Source: a candidate division CSSED10-310 bacterium
Lineage (GTDB): Bacteria > CSSED10-310
DNA: 64,000 nt
Reading direction: 5' to 3'
Assembly: GCA_016931515.1 (NCBI GenBank)
Contig: JAFGEQ010000002.1
Location: forward strand, 104,175 to 168,174
Shown here: piece by piece, positions 38,723 through 50,900 of the stretch
Layout of the letters: each line of letters begins with the position of its first letter
Position numbering within the stretch: the stretch's first letter is position 1
Program-made: the position numbers and the translations under genes
Notes under the pieces: generated by a model
The model's input: only the letters and a program-made list of their open reading frames with translations
Databases searched by the model: none
What the model was told of the DNA's origin: nothing

Positions 38723-39787
38723 ATGCGTTTGGAGTATAATGTGAAGAAGTTATTTTTAGATGCGTTTGCCCCTCAACCTGGTGAAGTAATGACATTCGTC
38801 ACCGATTTCCCCGCTGATGCTTTAAAAGCATCTGATGAAACAAAGCACCGTAAAGAAATGACTGAAGTATGGCATGCAGCTGCGAAAGAACTGGCGGCTG
38901 TCATTGGCTTCAAAGTTGGTTCGATCGTTTACATCGATCTTCGAAATCCAGCACCCGGCGACGCATTCGATGCCGATGGTATGATTGATGGCCAACCAGT
39001 CGATCTGAAAGCTGTAATGGACAGCTGGCGAGACAGAGACATCATCATAGCCATCACCGGCCCTTCAATCACCGGTGAACTCGTTCGCCGACTTGGCCAG
39101 AACTTCCGGTTCGGATCAGCTCCCGGCGTTCATGCTCACTTCGAAGGTTTTAAGGCAGACTATTCGAAAATTCCTCTTCGCTTTGAAATCCTTGTCTCCC
39201 GCATGGCTAAAGCCGTCGCCGCTCATTTCACGTTCCGCCTGGACGAGATGGTCTGGCAGTGCTCCCTGGATCTGCGAGGGCAGAGGTATCAATTCTGCGA
39301 GAACGGTTCTGCCATGCGTCCCGGCGAATTCATCAATATCCCTTCAGGCTGTGCCAACATTCCACCCTATCCCGGACTGCCGGGAGACAGCCGGGGAGAA
39401 AGCAGGACCAGCGGTGAAATACCTGCTCTGATCGAGGATGAACTGGTCGTTTATCGGATCGAAAAAAATCGGATCGTGGAGATCATGGGATCCGGCGAAC
39501 ATGCAGAGAAGGAACGAATGGCCATTCTGAAGGGAGATCCTGCCACAGCCGTTGTAACGAAACTCGGTCTGGGAGTCAACGATGAAGCCCGTTGCAACGG
39601 CACGCATGTTGGCGACGAAAAGACGATGGGGATGCACTGGGGGTATGGTCCAAAGAAGAAATTTCCCGATACAATCTGGGCGGAACACCCTGTTCAAATG
39701 GATATGGATTTCGAATATCCAGACGGCAGTTTCGAACCGATCTTCCGAAATTCCTTTTATACATCGAACCTCGGTGAACTGTTTTAG
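38723..39787 (+). CDS. M29/aminopeptidase T-like fold protein with altered metal-site motifs
   Basis: NIPSGC, RIEKNRIVEI, KLGLGVN and GDEKTMGMHWGYG resemble the NxPxGE / ExGxGxN / DEKxxGxH motifs. AAGGAG RBS. Confidence 0.55.
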   Translation: MRLEYNVKKLFLDAFAPQPGEVMTFVTDFPADALKASDETKHRKEMTEVWHAAAKELAAVIGFKVGSIVYIDLRNPAPGDAFDADGMIDGQPVDLKAVMDSWRDRDIIIAITGPSITGELVRRLGQNFRFGSAPGVHAHFEGFKADYSKIPLRFEILVSRMAKAVAAHFTFRLDEMVWQCSLDLRGQRYQFCENGSAMRPGEFINIPSGCANIPPYPGLPGDSRGESRTSGEIPALIEDELVVYRIEKNRIVEIMGSGEHAEKERMAILKGDPATAVVTKLGLGVNDEARCNGTHVGDEKTMGMHWGYGPKKKFPDTIWAEHPVQMDMDFEYPDGSFEPIFRNSFYTSNLGELF

Positions 39788-39883
39788 ATCATCCCCATGA
39801 CAATTCTTAGAGAGCACCTGATTTTGGATGGCAGCTGATACATCTATCGGATGCATTGAATCGGGGCAATATTAGAGATCGAT

Positions 39884-39913
39884 CTCCCGCCCGTGACCGG
39901 GCGGGAGTTTTTT
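39884..39913 (+). terminator. Rho-independent terminator
   Basis: CTCCCGCCC-GTGACC-GGGCGGGAG followed by TTTTTT. Confidence 0.85.
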
Positions 39914-40011
39914 CGGTGTACTACGTATTCACCGGGCGCGACAATCCTGTTGCCATTCCATGTTTCGGAAGACTATAGTCCGGATTCGGATAGCGCCGAT
40001 ATGGGCGGGAG

Positions 40012-41856
40012 ATGATATCATTGAATCAGAAACGTAAAAACGAACATATTCGCAACATAGCAATTATCGCGCATGTCGATCATGGCAAGACCACGCTGGT
40101 TGATGCGATGCTTAAACAGAGCCATCTATTCAGACCTGGCCAAGCCGTCGAAGATCGTATTATGGATTCGATGGATCTGGAGCGGGAACGCGGAATTACA
40201 ATAGCTGCTAAAAACTGTTCGATCATGTTGAATGGAGTCAAGATCAACATCATAGATACACCAGGGCACGCTGATTTCGGTGGTGAAGTGGAACGTGCAT
40301 TATCCATGGTGGATGGCGCAATTTTACTCGTGGATGCATCTGAAGGTCCCCTGCCCCAGACCCGGTTTGTTCTTCAGAAGACGATCGAAAACGGACTGGG
40401 TGTTGTTGTTGTCATCAATAAAATAGACCGGAAGGATGCCCGGCCGGATCAGGTTCTCGATGAAGTTTACGATCTCTTTATCGATCTCGGTGCGAACGAT
40501 GATCAGCTCGATTTCCCCTGTCTGTATGCGGTCGGTCGCGATGGTCTCGCCATGAAATCACCTGCGGACAAGTCAACGGATCTATCTCTACTGTTCGATA
40601 CCATTTTACAGAAAATGCCGGTTCCGGAATCCGACCCGGATGAACCGTTCCAGATGCTGGTGTCCGACCTCGGGTATTCGGACTATCTCGGCAGACTCGC
40701 CATCGGGCGGGTATTCAATGGATCAGCACACGCCAACGATTCACTGGTGTGCGTCAACGAACGCAATGAATCAACACCACTGAAAATCACATCTCTTCAA
40801 ACCTATAACGGTTTGAATCTGAAGGAAGCGGACACTGTCAATGCAGGTGAGATCATCGTTTTGAGTGGCATCAAGGATGTCAAAATCGGCGATACGATCT
40901 GCACGGCACAACGCCCGAAGGCCATGAAACGCCTGAGTGTCGGCGAGCCGACGATCGCTACCGAATTCCGGATCAACACCTCACCATTGAATGGCCGCGA
41001 AGGCACAATTCTGCAATCCGGCAAACTGCGTGAACGACTCCATCGCGAGACACTGAAGAATGTCTCGATCCGCCTGGAGGAATCGGTGGATAAGGATACA
41101 TTCATTGTGAAAGGCCGGGGTGATTTTCAGATGGTTATCCTGATTGAGATGCTACGCCGGGAGGGCTTCGAGCTGAGTGTCGGCAGACCCCAGGTCATAT
41201 TCCGGCACGAAGATGGCAATCTCCTGGAGCCAATTGAAAATCTTTTTGTCGACTGTGCCGAAACATTCCTCGGTATCGTGACCGAAAAATTGTCAATCAG
41301 GAAGGGTCGTCTTACAAACCTTGTCAACAACGGCCTCGGACGCGTCAGAGCCGAGTTCTCTATCCCGTCACGGTCCCTGATTGGTTACCGAGGGGAATTT
41401 CTAACGGATACCAAGGGAACAGGTCTGTTGAATTCACTGTTTGCCGGTTACGAACCATTTCGTGGGGAGTTTCCGTTGCGTTTCACCGGATCCATCGTCG
41501 CCGATCGTCCGGGTTCAGCGACATCCTATGCACTGTTTCACCTGGAGCCCCGCGGCCAGTTATTCGTTGTTCCGGGCGATCCGGTTTATGAAGGCATGAT
41601 CATCGGGGAGCACAACAAGGATATAGAACTCAACGTCAACGCAACCCGTGAGAAGAAACTGACGAACATGAGAGCAGCCGGGAAGGATGATAGCCTCGTG
41701 TTGTCACCGGTTCGACCGATGACTCTTGAGAAAGCCATCAGTTTTATCAAGGATGATGAGCTGGTCGAAGTCACGCCAAAATCAATCCGTCTGCGAAAGC
41801 GGGAGTTATCGGCTACCAAACGGCATCAAACCCGGGCCCAGGAATTTATTGCATAA
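40012..41856 (+). CDS. typA: Translational GTPase TypA/BipA
   Basis: RNIAIIAHVDHGKTTLVD, ERERGITI, DTPGHADFGGEVER, NKID, RREGFE, KKLTNMRAAG and DELVEVTP motifs. Confidence 0.97.
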   Translation: MISLNQKRKNEHIRNIAIIAHVDHGKTTLVDAMLKQSHLFRPGQAVEDRIMDSMDLERERGITIAAKNCSIMLNGVKINIIDTPGHADFGGEVERALSMVDGAILLVDASEGPLPQTRFVLQKTIENGLGVVVVINKIDRKDARPDQVLDEVYDLFIDLGANDDQLDFPCLYAVGRDGLAMKSPADKSTDLSLLFDTILQKMPVPESDPDEPFQMLVSDLGYSDYLGRLAIGRVFNGSAHANDSLVCVNERNESTPLKITSLQTYNGLNLKEADTVNAGEIIVLSGIKDVKIGDTICTAQRPKAMKRLSVGEPTIATEFRINTSPLNGREGTILQSGKLRERLHRETLKNVSIRLEESVDKDTFIVKGRGDFQMVILIEMLRREGFELSVGRPQVIFRHEDGNLLEPIENLFVDCAETFLGIVTEKLSIRKGRLTNLVNNGLGRVRAEFSIPSRSLIGYRGEFLTDTKGTGLLNSLFAGYEPFRGEFPLRFTGSIVADRPGSATSYALFHLEPRGQLFVVPGDPVYEGMIIGEHNKDIELNVNATREKKLTNMRAAGKDDSLVLSPVRPMTLEKAISFIKDDELVEVTPKSIRLRKRELSATKRHQTRAQEFIA

Positions 41857-41886
41857 AAAAGGCTCCTCGTTTGCAGAGGAGCCTTT
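41855..41886. terminator. Bidirectional terminator between the convergent typA and S8 protease genes
   Basis: AAAGGCTCCTC-loop-GAGGAGCCTTT with a flanking A-tract. Confidence 0.8.
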
Positions 41887-41910
41887 CAGCATCACACTAT
41901 CAAAAAGTCT

Positions 41911-44769
41911 TTACAGCGGATCCACGCAACTGGCAGTTCCAAGAGCCGTCATGAAGATCTGTTGTGCATCACCTGCGGTGACATCCAGATCCCCGTTGCA
42001 ATCAGCGGCACATTCTTCTTCTTCGGTTGGAGTGATCAATCCCAGGGCAATCTGGAATGCCATCTGTGCATCACCCGCCGTAATATCGCCACTCAGGTTG
42101 ACATCACCATTATTGATGCATTCTTCCGGTGTGGAAGTCGGTGGGGGTGTCGGAGTGAATGTCGGTCCGGGTGTCGGAGTCGCTTCTTCACAGGGACTTT
42201 CGAAAGACACCATGACATCGTCGATGTTCCATCCACAGTAGACAACCGAGGAATCGCTAGCACCCATGACCCACCTGATCTTGACATCCGATGAGCCGGC
42301 TGCCACTGCGGAGATATTGTATTCCGCGTAAGACCAGCTGCTGGGTTGCGAACTGGATCCGGTATGATCCCAAATTGTAGTCCATGTGGAGCCGCCGTTG
42401 GCGGATACTCGCACGGAGGCATGATCCCATGTAGCACTTTCTACACCCAGCCAGTAATAATAGCTCAAAATGACTTCCGATGCCTGACTGCAGTCGATGG
42501 ACTGAGTAGTACAGAATGTCTCGGGCATATTGTTGGTATAAGAGCCGTTCAGGTTGTAGCCAACGACGTTTGAGCCGGTATAGCCGCTGGACGGATCGCC
42601 CGAGTTTCCTGTCGGGACGCCCCATGCCCACTGGTTTTCATAAGTCCAGTTCGGATTGGTATCCATGTTTGCACTGAGATAAACAACCAATTCATAGGTT
42701 TGGGCACCATAATGAGCGCCGCCGTTGTTATCGAGTGCGATATTCCCGGCCTGGTCTTCAGCCAGGACATCGAAGTAGTAGAATGTGCACGGGTCGAGAT
42801 TGTCAATGGTCATGCTGTGGCTTGTTGTCAACGCCTCATCTCTGATCTCCTCAATTGGACCGGTGCTCCAGTAGTTGATGATCGATCGCGCCATTTCATT
42901 CGTCTGCCAACTGACCGTGAACGATGTCGAATCGATATGGGTGATGCTCACGCCGCTGATCGATGGCAATTGTCCGTCTACCGTTGCGTTAACGGTTGCA
43001 TCCAGGCTGGGATACCAGACACTGATGGTTGAACCGTCCGCAACCGATATGGCTCCATCACCATGTACCGGTGAGTTCGACGTAGTCAGAAATGTCCCTT
43101 CGAACTGGCCGGTGGAAACCTCGCTCAATGTCAGGTATTCCCATGACGGTTCAACTGAACTCTGAATCTGCACATCCACTGATCCCGATGCGGTTCTATC
43201 CCGAACAGTGATGATCATCGAATCATTCGGCTGATACATTGCTTTATCCAGATAGACTCCGGCAAGTGCAGTGTAACAGGCATACGCATCGATCAGACCC
43301 CATCCCCAGACATGATTTGGAATCGTAGTTGCCGCATTGATACCCTGGCAGGTCTGGTTCCAGTACCCGGCACCGCCAGCTTGAGTATACGCGTTATCGA
43401 GAATGATCTGGCGGGTTGTATCGATATCACCGATCAAACTCGGGGCCGCCGACCAGAGTAATGCGACAACGGCGCAGGTGTGAGGTCCGGCCATTGAGGT
43501 ACCACCCCATCCACCTTCATAACCGCTACCGGGGACGCTTGAACGGACATCATAGCCGGGAGCCACGATTTCCGGTTTGATGAAGTTCGGAGCACCCGGA
43601 ATGCCACTGGCAGCCGGACCACGACTCGAACCCCAGTAAGTCCAGGACTCACTGACGATCCGGTTCTGAACATCGCTGGCGCCAGTGGTCAACACTTCTG
43701 GATAATCGCCAGGGGAGCGCAATGATTCGCAATCATCACCCTCGTTGCCGGCGGAGAATTCCATGAACACACCCGCTGCCTGCAGGGCATTGAGATCCGG
43801 GGCATATTGATAATCGCCGCCGCCAATGGGCCAACCCCAGGAATTATTGACAACATCAGGCGCCATGGCCGGAACGCCCTGTGCAGGTGTTTCGCCATAC
43901 CGATAAGGAGCCAGAAACCACTCGAAACATTCATGGAATCCCGCATCATCTTCCAGCGGACCACAGGCAATCCATTTCGCTCCCGGAGCCCCGCCTACCT
44001 GATTGCCGGCACCGTCGTCGCCAACCATCGTTCCCATGGTGTGTGTGCCATGCTCATCAGTATCGCAGGGAACCGCGCCGCAGGAGGAACCGACATCATG
44101 CCAGTTATACGCATGATCTGCCGTAGTGCCGTTCCAGCCACGGTAGTGATTTTTCAAAGCCGGATGATCCCAGTCAACACCTGTGTCAAGGTTCGCCACA
44201 ACGATTCCTTCTCCTGTCACACCTTCAGCCCACACATCCGTTATACCGATATGCGACAGGTTCCATTCCGGAGCGTTAGGCGGTGTATTTGCATCGTATG
44301 CCATCGGTTGATCGTTTTTGAATTCAAATGGATTATTCGCCCGTATCTTGGCTACATTGACATTATTGACCGCACTCAACAGCATATCCGGAGTTGCTTC
44401 ACGGACCAGAATCATATTCTGGATATAGTACTGCTGGATGCCCGGGAGAGACAGATTCAGTTCGCTGATCACCTGGGGTTGAGTTCTCTCGGCAACTTCT
44501 TTCAGCTGGTGATAAACATACTGCCCCTTATCCTTTTTGTTTCGGATACCTTTGGCACCCGACAGATCAGCCTGTTCGGACAATACTATGAACAGGCTGG
44601 ATGTTCCTTTCGACTGCATCTCCTGCAGAATCGAATCCGGAACTTTCTTAAGTGACTGGACCGCTACTTCACCACCCCAGAATTCGGGATCGGCAACAGC
44701 ACCGGCCGGCGGTACCACCGATGCCATTATTAATATCAGAAGAGAAAGTTTGAATATTTTTGTGATCAT
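41911..44769 (-). CDS. Secreted S8 subtilase (bacillopeptidase F-like) with FN3, jelly-roll and C-terminal dockerin-like domains
   Basis: Catalytic NLDTGV, HGTHTMG and GTSMAGP motifs; VVNNSWG; AAGGAGG RBS; duplicated D[VC]NxxxD[IV]TAGDAQ loops at the C-terminus. Confidence 0.92.
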   Translation of the reverse strand: MITKIFKLSLLILIMASVVPPAGAVADPEFWGGEVAVQSLKKVPDSILQEMQSKGTSSLFIVLSEQADLSGAKGIRNKKDKGQYVYHQLKEVAERTQPQVISELNLSLPGIQQYYIQNMILVREATPDMLLSAVNNVNVAKIRANNPFEFKNDQPMAYDANTPPNAPEWNLSHIGITDVWAEGVTGEGIVVANLDTGVDWDHPALKNHYRGWNGTTADHAYNWHDVGSSCGAVPCDTDEHGTHTMGTMVGDDGAGNQVGGAPGAKWIACGPLEDDAGFHECFEWFLAPYRYGETPAQGVPAMAPDVVNNSWGWPIGGGDYQYAPDLNALQAAGVFMEFSAGNEGDDCESLRSPGDYPEVLTTGASDVQNRIVSESWTYWGSSRGPAASGIPGAPNFIKPEIVAPGYDVRSSVPGSGYEGGWGGTSMAGPHTCAVVALLWSAAPSLIGDIDTTRQIILDNAYTQAGGAGYWNQTCQGINAATTIPNHVWGWGLIDAYACYTALAGVYLDKAMYQPNDSMIITVRDRTASGSVDVQIQSSVEPSWEYLTLSEVSTGQFEGTFLTTSNSPVHGDGAISVADGSTISVWYPSLDATVNATVDGQLPSISGVSITHIDSTSFTVSWQTNEMARSIINYWSTGPIEEIRDEALTTSHSMTIDNLDPCTFYYFDVLAEDQAGNIALDNNGGAHYGAQTYELVVYLSANMDTNPNWTYENQWAWGVPTGNSGDPSSGYTGSNVVGYNLNGSYTNNMPETFCTTQSIDCSQASEVILSYYYWLGVESATWDHASVRVSANGGSTWTTIWDHTGSSSQPSSWSYAEYNISAVAAGSSDVKIRWVMGASDSSVVYCGWNIDDVMVSFESPCEEATPTPGPTFTPTPPPTSTPEECINNGDVNLSGDITAGDAQMAFQIALGLITPTEEEECAADCNGDLDVTAGDAQQIFMTALGTASCVDPL

Positions 44770-44798
44770 CAGAATGAAACCTCCTTAGGTGAAAGATA

Positions 44799-44845
44799 CA
44801 AAAACAATACCAGCGGGAATGACTGCAATTCTCATTCCCGCTGGT
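44799..44845 (-). terminator. Stem-loop/terminator between the C25 and S8 protease genes
   Basis: Perfect 14-bp inverted repeat ACCAGCGGGAATGA/TCATTCCCGCTGGT with a T-rich tail on the minus strand. Confidence 0.65.
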
Positions 44846-44927
44846 CATTATCGCGAAATCGTCTTATCTGCCGGAAGACCGGATACGATCCTTCAAACAG
44901 TTGTCGTTCCCCTTAGATCGGACTCCG

Positions 44928-47900
44928 TCAGGGTTTGATATCATCAGCCACCCTCAAAATCCTGACCGGAACGAGTTGGTCACGGATGGCAGTCTCTACC
45001 GGGCCCGTGATGACCAATGTCGCCAGTGTACCGCCGACACCCTCCGGAATCACGGGGTCATAAGTGCCGTCATTGTAAGCTCCGATACGAATCCTGTCCG
45101 GAGCAGGATCATTGCAGCCGAACTGCACCCATTGAGGATTGAGATCCCCTGTGAAGCATTCGACCAGTGTGAATCGGGAATCCAGAGATAACTCGATCCA
45201 GAAAGCATCAATCTCTCTGTGATCGGTATCAAGTGTAATGGCGATTTCGATCGTGTTCTGATCAGCCTCCACATAATCAAGGGAGACAGGAATCTCGTGG
45301 TTCACAATCGGCAAGTGACTCAATCGAGGCGGGGCGTCTTTCACGCGATCCATTGGATCAGCGCAGGATGTCATACCAAGAGCTGTCATGAATATCTGCT
45401 GCGCGTCGCCTGCCGTTATTTCCCCGTTGGCATTGCAGTCCGCAGCACAGGCTTCCTCTTCGGTCGGAGTAATGACACCGAGTGCGCACATAAATGCCAT
45501 CTGGGCATCGCCGGCTGTAATTTCGCCATCGAAGTTGCAATCACCGTGATGTACGCACGGATTGCCGAAGCTGTCGGCCCAGACTTCCACGTCATCGACA
45601 TTCCATCCACAATAGACGACAGACGAATCCGTCGTTCCCATGACCCATCTCAGGTATACGGTCGGCTGATTGTCGGCCACTGCGGAAATATCATAGACCA
45701 TCGTCTGCCAGCTGGTATCGGTAAAAGAACTTCCCGAATGATCCCAGATCGTCGTCCAACTCGTTCCGTTATTGGAGACGCGGAATGAAGCGTGATCCCA
45801 CGTGCTGGATTCGACACCGAGCCATCGCATAAACCGGACTTCAACATTCTCAAGGCTGGAGCAATCGATCGCAGTCGTCGTCAGATTGGTTTCCGGCATG
45901 CTGTTCGTATAGGATCCGGACAGGTTGTACCCATAGACACTCGTACCGGTATATCCGCTTGACGGGTCACCTGACGCACCCTGCGGAACACCCCAGGCCC
46001 ACTGGCTTTCTGTCGTCCAGCCGGGATTGGTGTCCATGTTCCAATAATACCTCTGGATGAAATTCGAACCGGTGATCTCGATCTCGAACGTCAATTCCGC
46101 TTCCGCTTCGTTGGATTGAATATCCAGCGTTACTGTCACGACCGTTGGATCGGGAGTAAATCCCGCCGCCTGAATCGAGAAGTGAGGTGTGATGGATCCT
46201 CCGCTGCCACCGCCGACAATGTCGTTGAAATCCGCTTCATCATCATTGATGAACAGGTATGCGGGTGAATCGCTGTTAATCGTTCCGGTCACACCGGTGA
46301 TCCCCATTGATCCGCCGTTCAGCAGTTCGATAGCCAGTGTCGCCGTTTCGCCGGGATCCAGGATTCCGTCGTGATCGCCCCCATCCGTTATCGTGATTGT
46401 GCCAATCGACAAGTCCGGACCTGCTACCGTCTCGGTGAACGTGAATGAACCGTTGCCTGCGCTGCTGAAGTAGGTCACGGTAAATGAAATCGTCTCGCCA
46501 TTGGTTGCGGCAGCGGAGACATCGAATGCGAACGGCGTCAGGGTCTGGCCTTGACCGCCGGCGGGAATATCCGGGAACAATGCGCTGTCCTGGGTGACTG
46601 TGACATGCGGATTCGTCGTTGACAGATACCCGGTGATGCCGGTTCCGGCGATTCCCACATTCTCCACCGTCACATCTAGAAGAATGGTCTCCATTGGATT
46701 GATCATTCCGTCATTGTTTCCGGCGCTGTCGTCAATCGCGTGATCGGCATGCGTCAACACAACCTGTGGATTGTCGGACGACGCCCAAAGTTCGATATCA
46801 TCAAGATTCCAGCCGCAGTAAACAACCGAACCGTCGGTTGTTCCCATCACCCATCGCAGGTATACCGCTGCCTGCCCATCGGCGATGCCCGAGATATCAT
46901 AGCTCATCGCCTGCCAGCTCGGATCTGTGAAACTGCTGCCGGTGTGGTCCCAGATGGTGGTCCATGTCGACCCATTATTGGACACCCGGAAGGACGCGTG
47001 ATCATAACTGCTGGATTCAACACCCAGCCAGCGCATAAAACGGACTTCCACATCGGATAAATTAGCACAATTGATCGGTGTGGATGTCAGACTTGTTTCC
47101 GACATGTCGTTGGCATAGGCACCCGCTAGATTATAACCATAGACATTGGCGCCGGAAAAACCACTCGACGGATCGCCGCCGGCTCCCTGCGGGATTCCCC
47201 AAGCCCACTGACCTTCCGTAGTCCAACCCGGGTTGTCGTCCATATCCCACAACTGACGCCTTACAAAAGTCGATGTTGTGATTTCAACATCAAACGGCAG
47301 GATTTTATGATGTGCATACGCCTCGATTTCCAGATAGAACGTGACAATCATGTGATCCGGAGTGCTCTGCAGGGATGAAACCGTGAAGTGCGGATCAATG
47401 CTCGATACCGTCTGACCCGGATTCATATCCGGAAATCCCGCCCACCCTTGGTCGATGGTAATATATTCCGGATGGTTGCAGGTCAGAGTTCCAGTTATAT
47501 CCTGAGCCGCCAGGCGACCCTGATTAATCAGGGACACAGTCATTTGAACGGTCTCACCCGGATCGAAAATGCCGTCACCATCGCCACGCGTGTTCCAGTC
47601 GATGATACCGCAGGAGTCGAAACAGGCATTTGCTGCAACGATTTCCTCCATGAACATCGTCTGCGCCGTGGTTCCGCCGGCGGTCCATTCCACAACAAAC
47701 GGAACAGTATCACCATCGATGGCAGTGTCGTTCACAGAGAATTGATAGTCGGTCAGACTCGTTCCATTGCCTCCCTGAAGAATGTTTGGAAAATTCGCCG
47801 AAGGAACCGTCACAGTGACGCCGGTATAATCTGTTGAAAGAACGGCGCTGACACCCATCGCATCCAGTCCGACATTGCGTAGCGTCACCAGCATCGCGAT

Positions 47901-50900
47901 AGTCTCCAGCGGATTGATCATGCCGTCACCGTTGCCGGCACTGTCATCGATCTCGTGCGAGTGATGAAGCAGGATCGGAACGTTGCACGGCGCTGCGTAA
48001 GATATTTCCACATTGTCGATATTCCAGCCTCCCACCGAACCGGTGCTGGCAGGACCCATCGTCCAACGGATATAGACGGCCGGCTGGCCGTCGGCATATT
48101 CAGAAATATCGTATTCATAGCGGGTCCAAGCGTAATCGTAAAGATTGGAATTGGGGTTCGTGTAGATCGTATGCCAGGTGTTGCCGTCGTTGGATACGAG
48201 AATATAGGCTTCATCGTAGCCGTGTTCATCCACATCCAGCCACTGGTAAAAGCTGAATCGCACACCGAACGCGGCGGAGCAATCCAGGGCCGGTGTTGTC
48301 AGGTGGTAGGGCGTTGAACCGCCGGCGTAAGCGCCGTTGAGGTTCGTGCCGTAGACGTTCGGGCCGTCAAAACCGGAGGTCGGATCGGCTCCCGGGCCGG
48401 ACGGCTGCCCCGTCGGCTGCCCGAACTGCCAGTCTCCCCCGCTGATCGTCCAGTTGGGGTTCGTGTCCATGTTTTCCTGGAGCACATAGATGCGCACCAT
48501 TGTTGTAAACGCGTAGTTCAAGCCGCCGTTGTCATCCTCGGTCGTATTGCCGGCGCCATCGGCGGAGCGGACAAAAAGCACGTAATCCATGCACTGCTGG
48601 AGTCCGGTGATTGTCACCGAATGAGACGTCCGCAATCCCTCGACGGACGTTTCGGTATCCGGAGTCGACAAACCGTAGATAACGGTGCCCGTGCAGGGCT
48701 CGTCGGTCGTCCAGGTAATAGTCGCCGATGTATCATCGTGGAACGCGATGGTGACATTACTGATAACCGGGTATGTATCGTCCACAACCGCCGTATCGGT
48801 AACCGGGATGTTGACTCCGCCGAAACCTGTCGAAGCATCGATATAGGTTCCAGTGATCACATCATCCGGTGAAGCGTCTATATAGCCGTTTCCGGGAGCC
48901 GCCGCGCTGTCCCGGATATCGATCGATTCCTGGAAAACACCGGTATTCGGACCGGTTTCCGTCAGCAGGAGTGTTTCGGAATCACCGTTGTCGACGGTCA
49001 ATACGATGGAAATTGAATCCGCCGTATACGGATCGATGTTCAGATCAACATCCTGGACCGTGCAGACCACGGTGCCGTCCGAAGCATACGCAGGCTGATC
49101 GAAATTGAACTGCCCGCGGGTCGTAACCCGTCCAAACAGTGGGGTTTGCGGGCATCCCAACAGATTGACCTCATAGCATGTCCAGCGGTTGGCTTTGTAG
49201 TTCATGCACCAGATATTATCTTCCTTCGAATCGGCATTCATGCGTCCCAATTCCCGGATATCCTCCGTGAAAAAGGCATCGTGGAACTGGCGATGGAAGT
49301 ATTGACCCGGGCCGTCGGTGCAGCCTATTTCGCCCCAACCATAGCGACCATTCATGAAAACTGCGAACGCGCCGCCTGCATTCCAGGAGAAGTTTTCGGC
49401 GATGCAGTCAGTGGTATCGAAAGCTCCGGCGTAACAACCCTGGGAGTAAACCAGGAATGGCCGGCTGTTGGTAAGGCTTTGAACATTCGAGATACTGAGC
49501 AGCATGACCGTTGTTTCATTGGCATGACCGAGGTGATTGATCCAGTGGACATTATTGGAGTTCATTTTGGGTACCAGCTGGCTGCTGCTCCAGGATGTTT
49601 CCCGTTCATAGAGGTGATCGATGGCCCAACCGGAGGGATAACCCGGGGTGCTGTATCCCCAAAGATCCGATCCGTACCAGAGTTCATCCATATAGTCTCC
49701 ACCATAAGTCTGAGGCCACAGATATTCACCCAGCAGCAATGCATTGTCCGCCCAGTCGGCCTGATAATCATCCGTTTCGTAAGCAATTATTTTGGCAACG
49801 AAATTCCGGAGCTGCGTCGCCGAATCCACTGAGCCTCGCCCGATGAACAATTCCGCGAGGACATCGGGTTCCGTACCGCCGGGGCCGTCGTCAACTTCTC
49901 CGTAACGACTGTTGCCGTTGCTGTTCCAGTTGCCATCCAGGCATCCGAAATACATATCGGTTGGAACGGTATTGTCTTCATGACCCTCAGCAGTCGCGTA
50001 GCAGCCACGGGTCGGCACGATCGCCTGATCACCCCCGAGCAGGATGTATTCGGTATTCCAGTTTTCATATGCATCCATGCAGAAATTGCGGATTTTATCC
50101 TGGTTGTCGACACCGGTGTATTCTGCATAGATATCCTCGATCGGTTTAATGGTTCCACTGATACCACGGGTTGACTTGAAGGCAAGCAGATCCTGGAAAT
50201 TATTCGGTCCCGGGGTGTTGATCAGGGTGTTGTTTGAAATGATGACATATTGATAGACATCGCGACTCAGAAGTGATTGAGTCTGCACCGGTTCGGCCTT
50301 ATAGCACGAAGCTAATTCCGGATTCTCGACTTTTCCTGTGATCCAGTCCAAATCCGATACAAGACCCCGGCATCGGACCCGGTCGGAACGTGTGTCGGCG
50401 ACAGCGGTGTCTATGATGATATGAGCATTCCGGGCAGCCCGGAGAGTGCCTTGTGAAGGCACATAGCGAACCGGAAACACATTGAAGGTAACCAGCTGGT
50501 AACCTTTACTCCAGAAAATCCGGGGTTCCGAACAATCAACAGAAGGAAATGGAGAATCACTCCGGTAGATAACCGGATCGGGAGCCGTTATCTGCAGCGC
50601 CTGCGGCTCGCTCAACGGATAGCAATGTTGCCCTGGAGCCAATGTAACGGTACCTGGTAGATCGTACCAACCGTCAAAGATGACGGCAACATTCTGAAGA
50701 ATCTCATTTTGAGGAAGCAGGAGTGTAACCGGTCGGAACGGAACCTGTGGTTCTCCGGGATTCGCCATCAGTGGAGAATCAGGCATATTAATTTTTGTGT
50801 AAGTGACCGGGGGAGAATTCCCCTGTTGCCCGATATGCCATTCCGTCAGTGTGGGAGTGTTAAAGCTGACAGAATGTTCGATACGGGCTGCACCAAGAGG

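Noticed and set aside
39788-39883. Possible small RNA between the M29-like gene and its terminator
   Set aside because: No recognisable RNA family motif; it is adequately explained as a 3' UTR.
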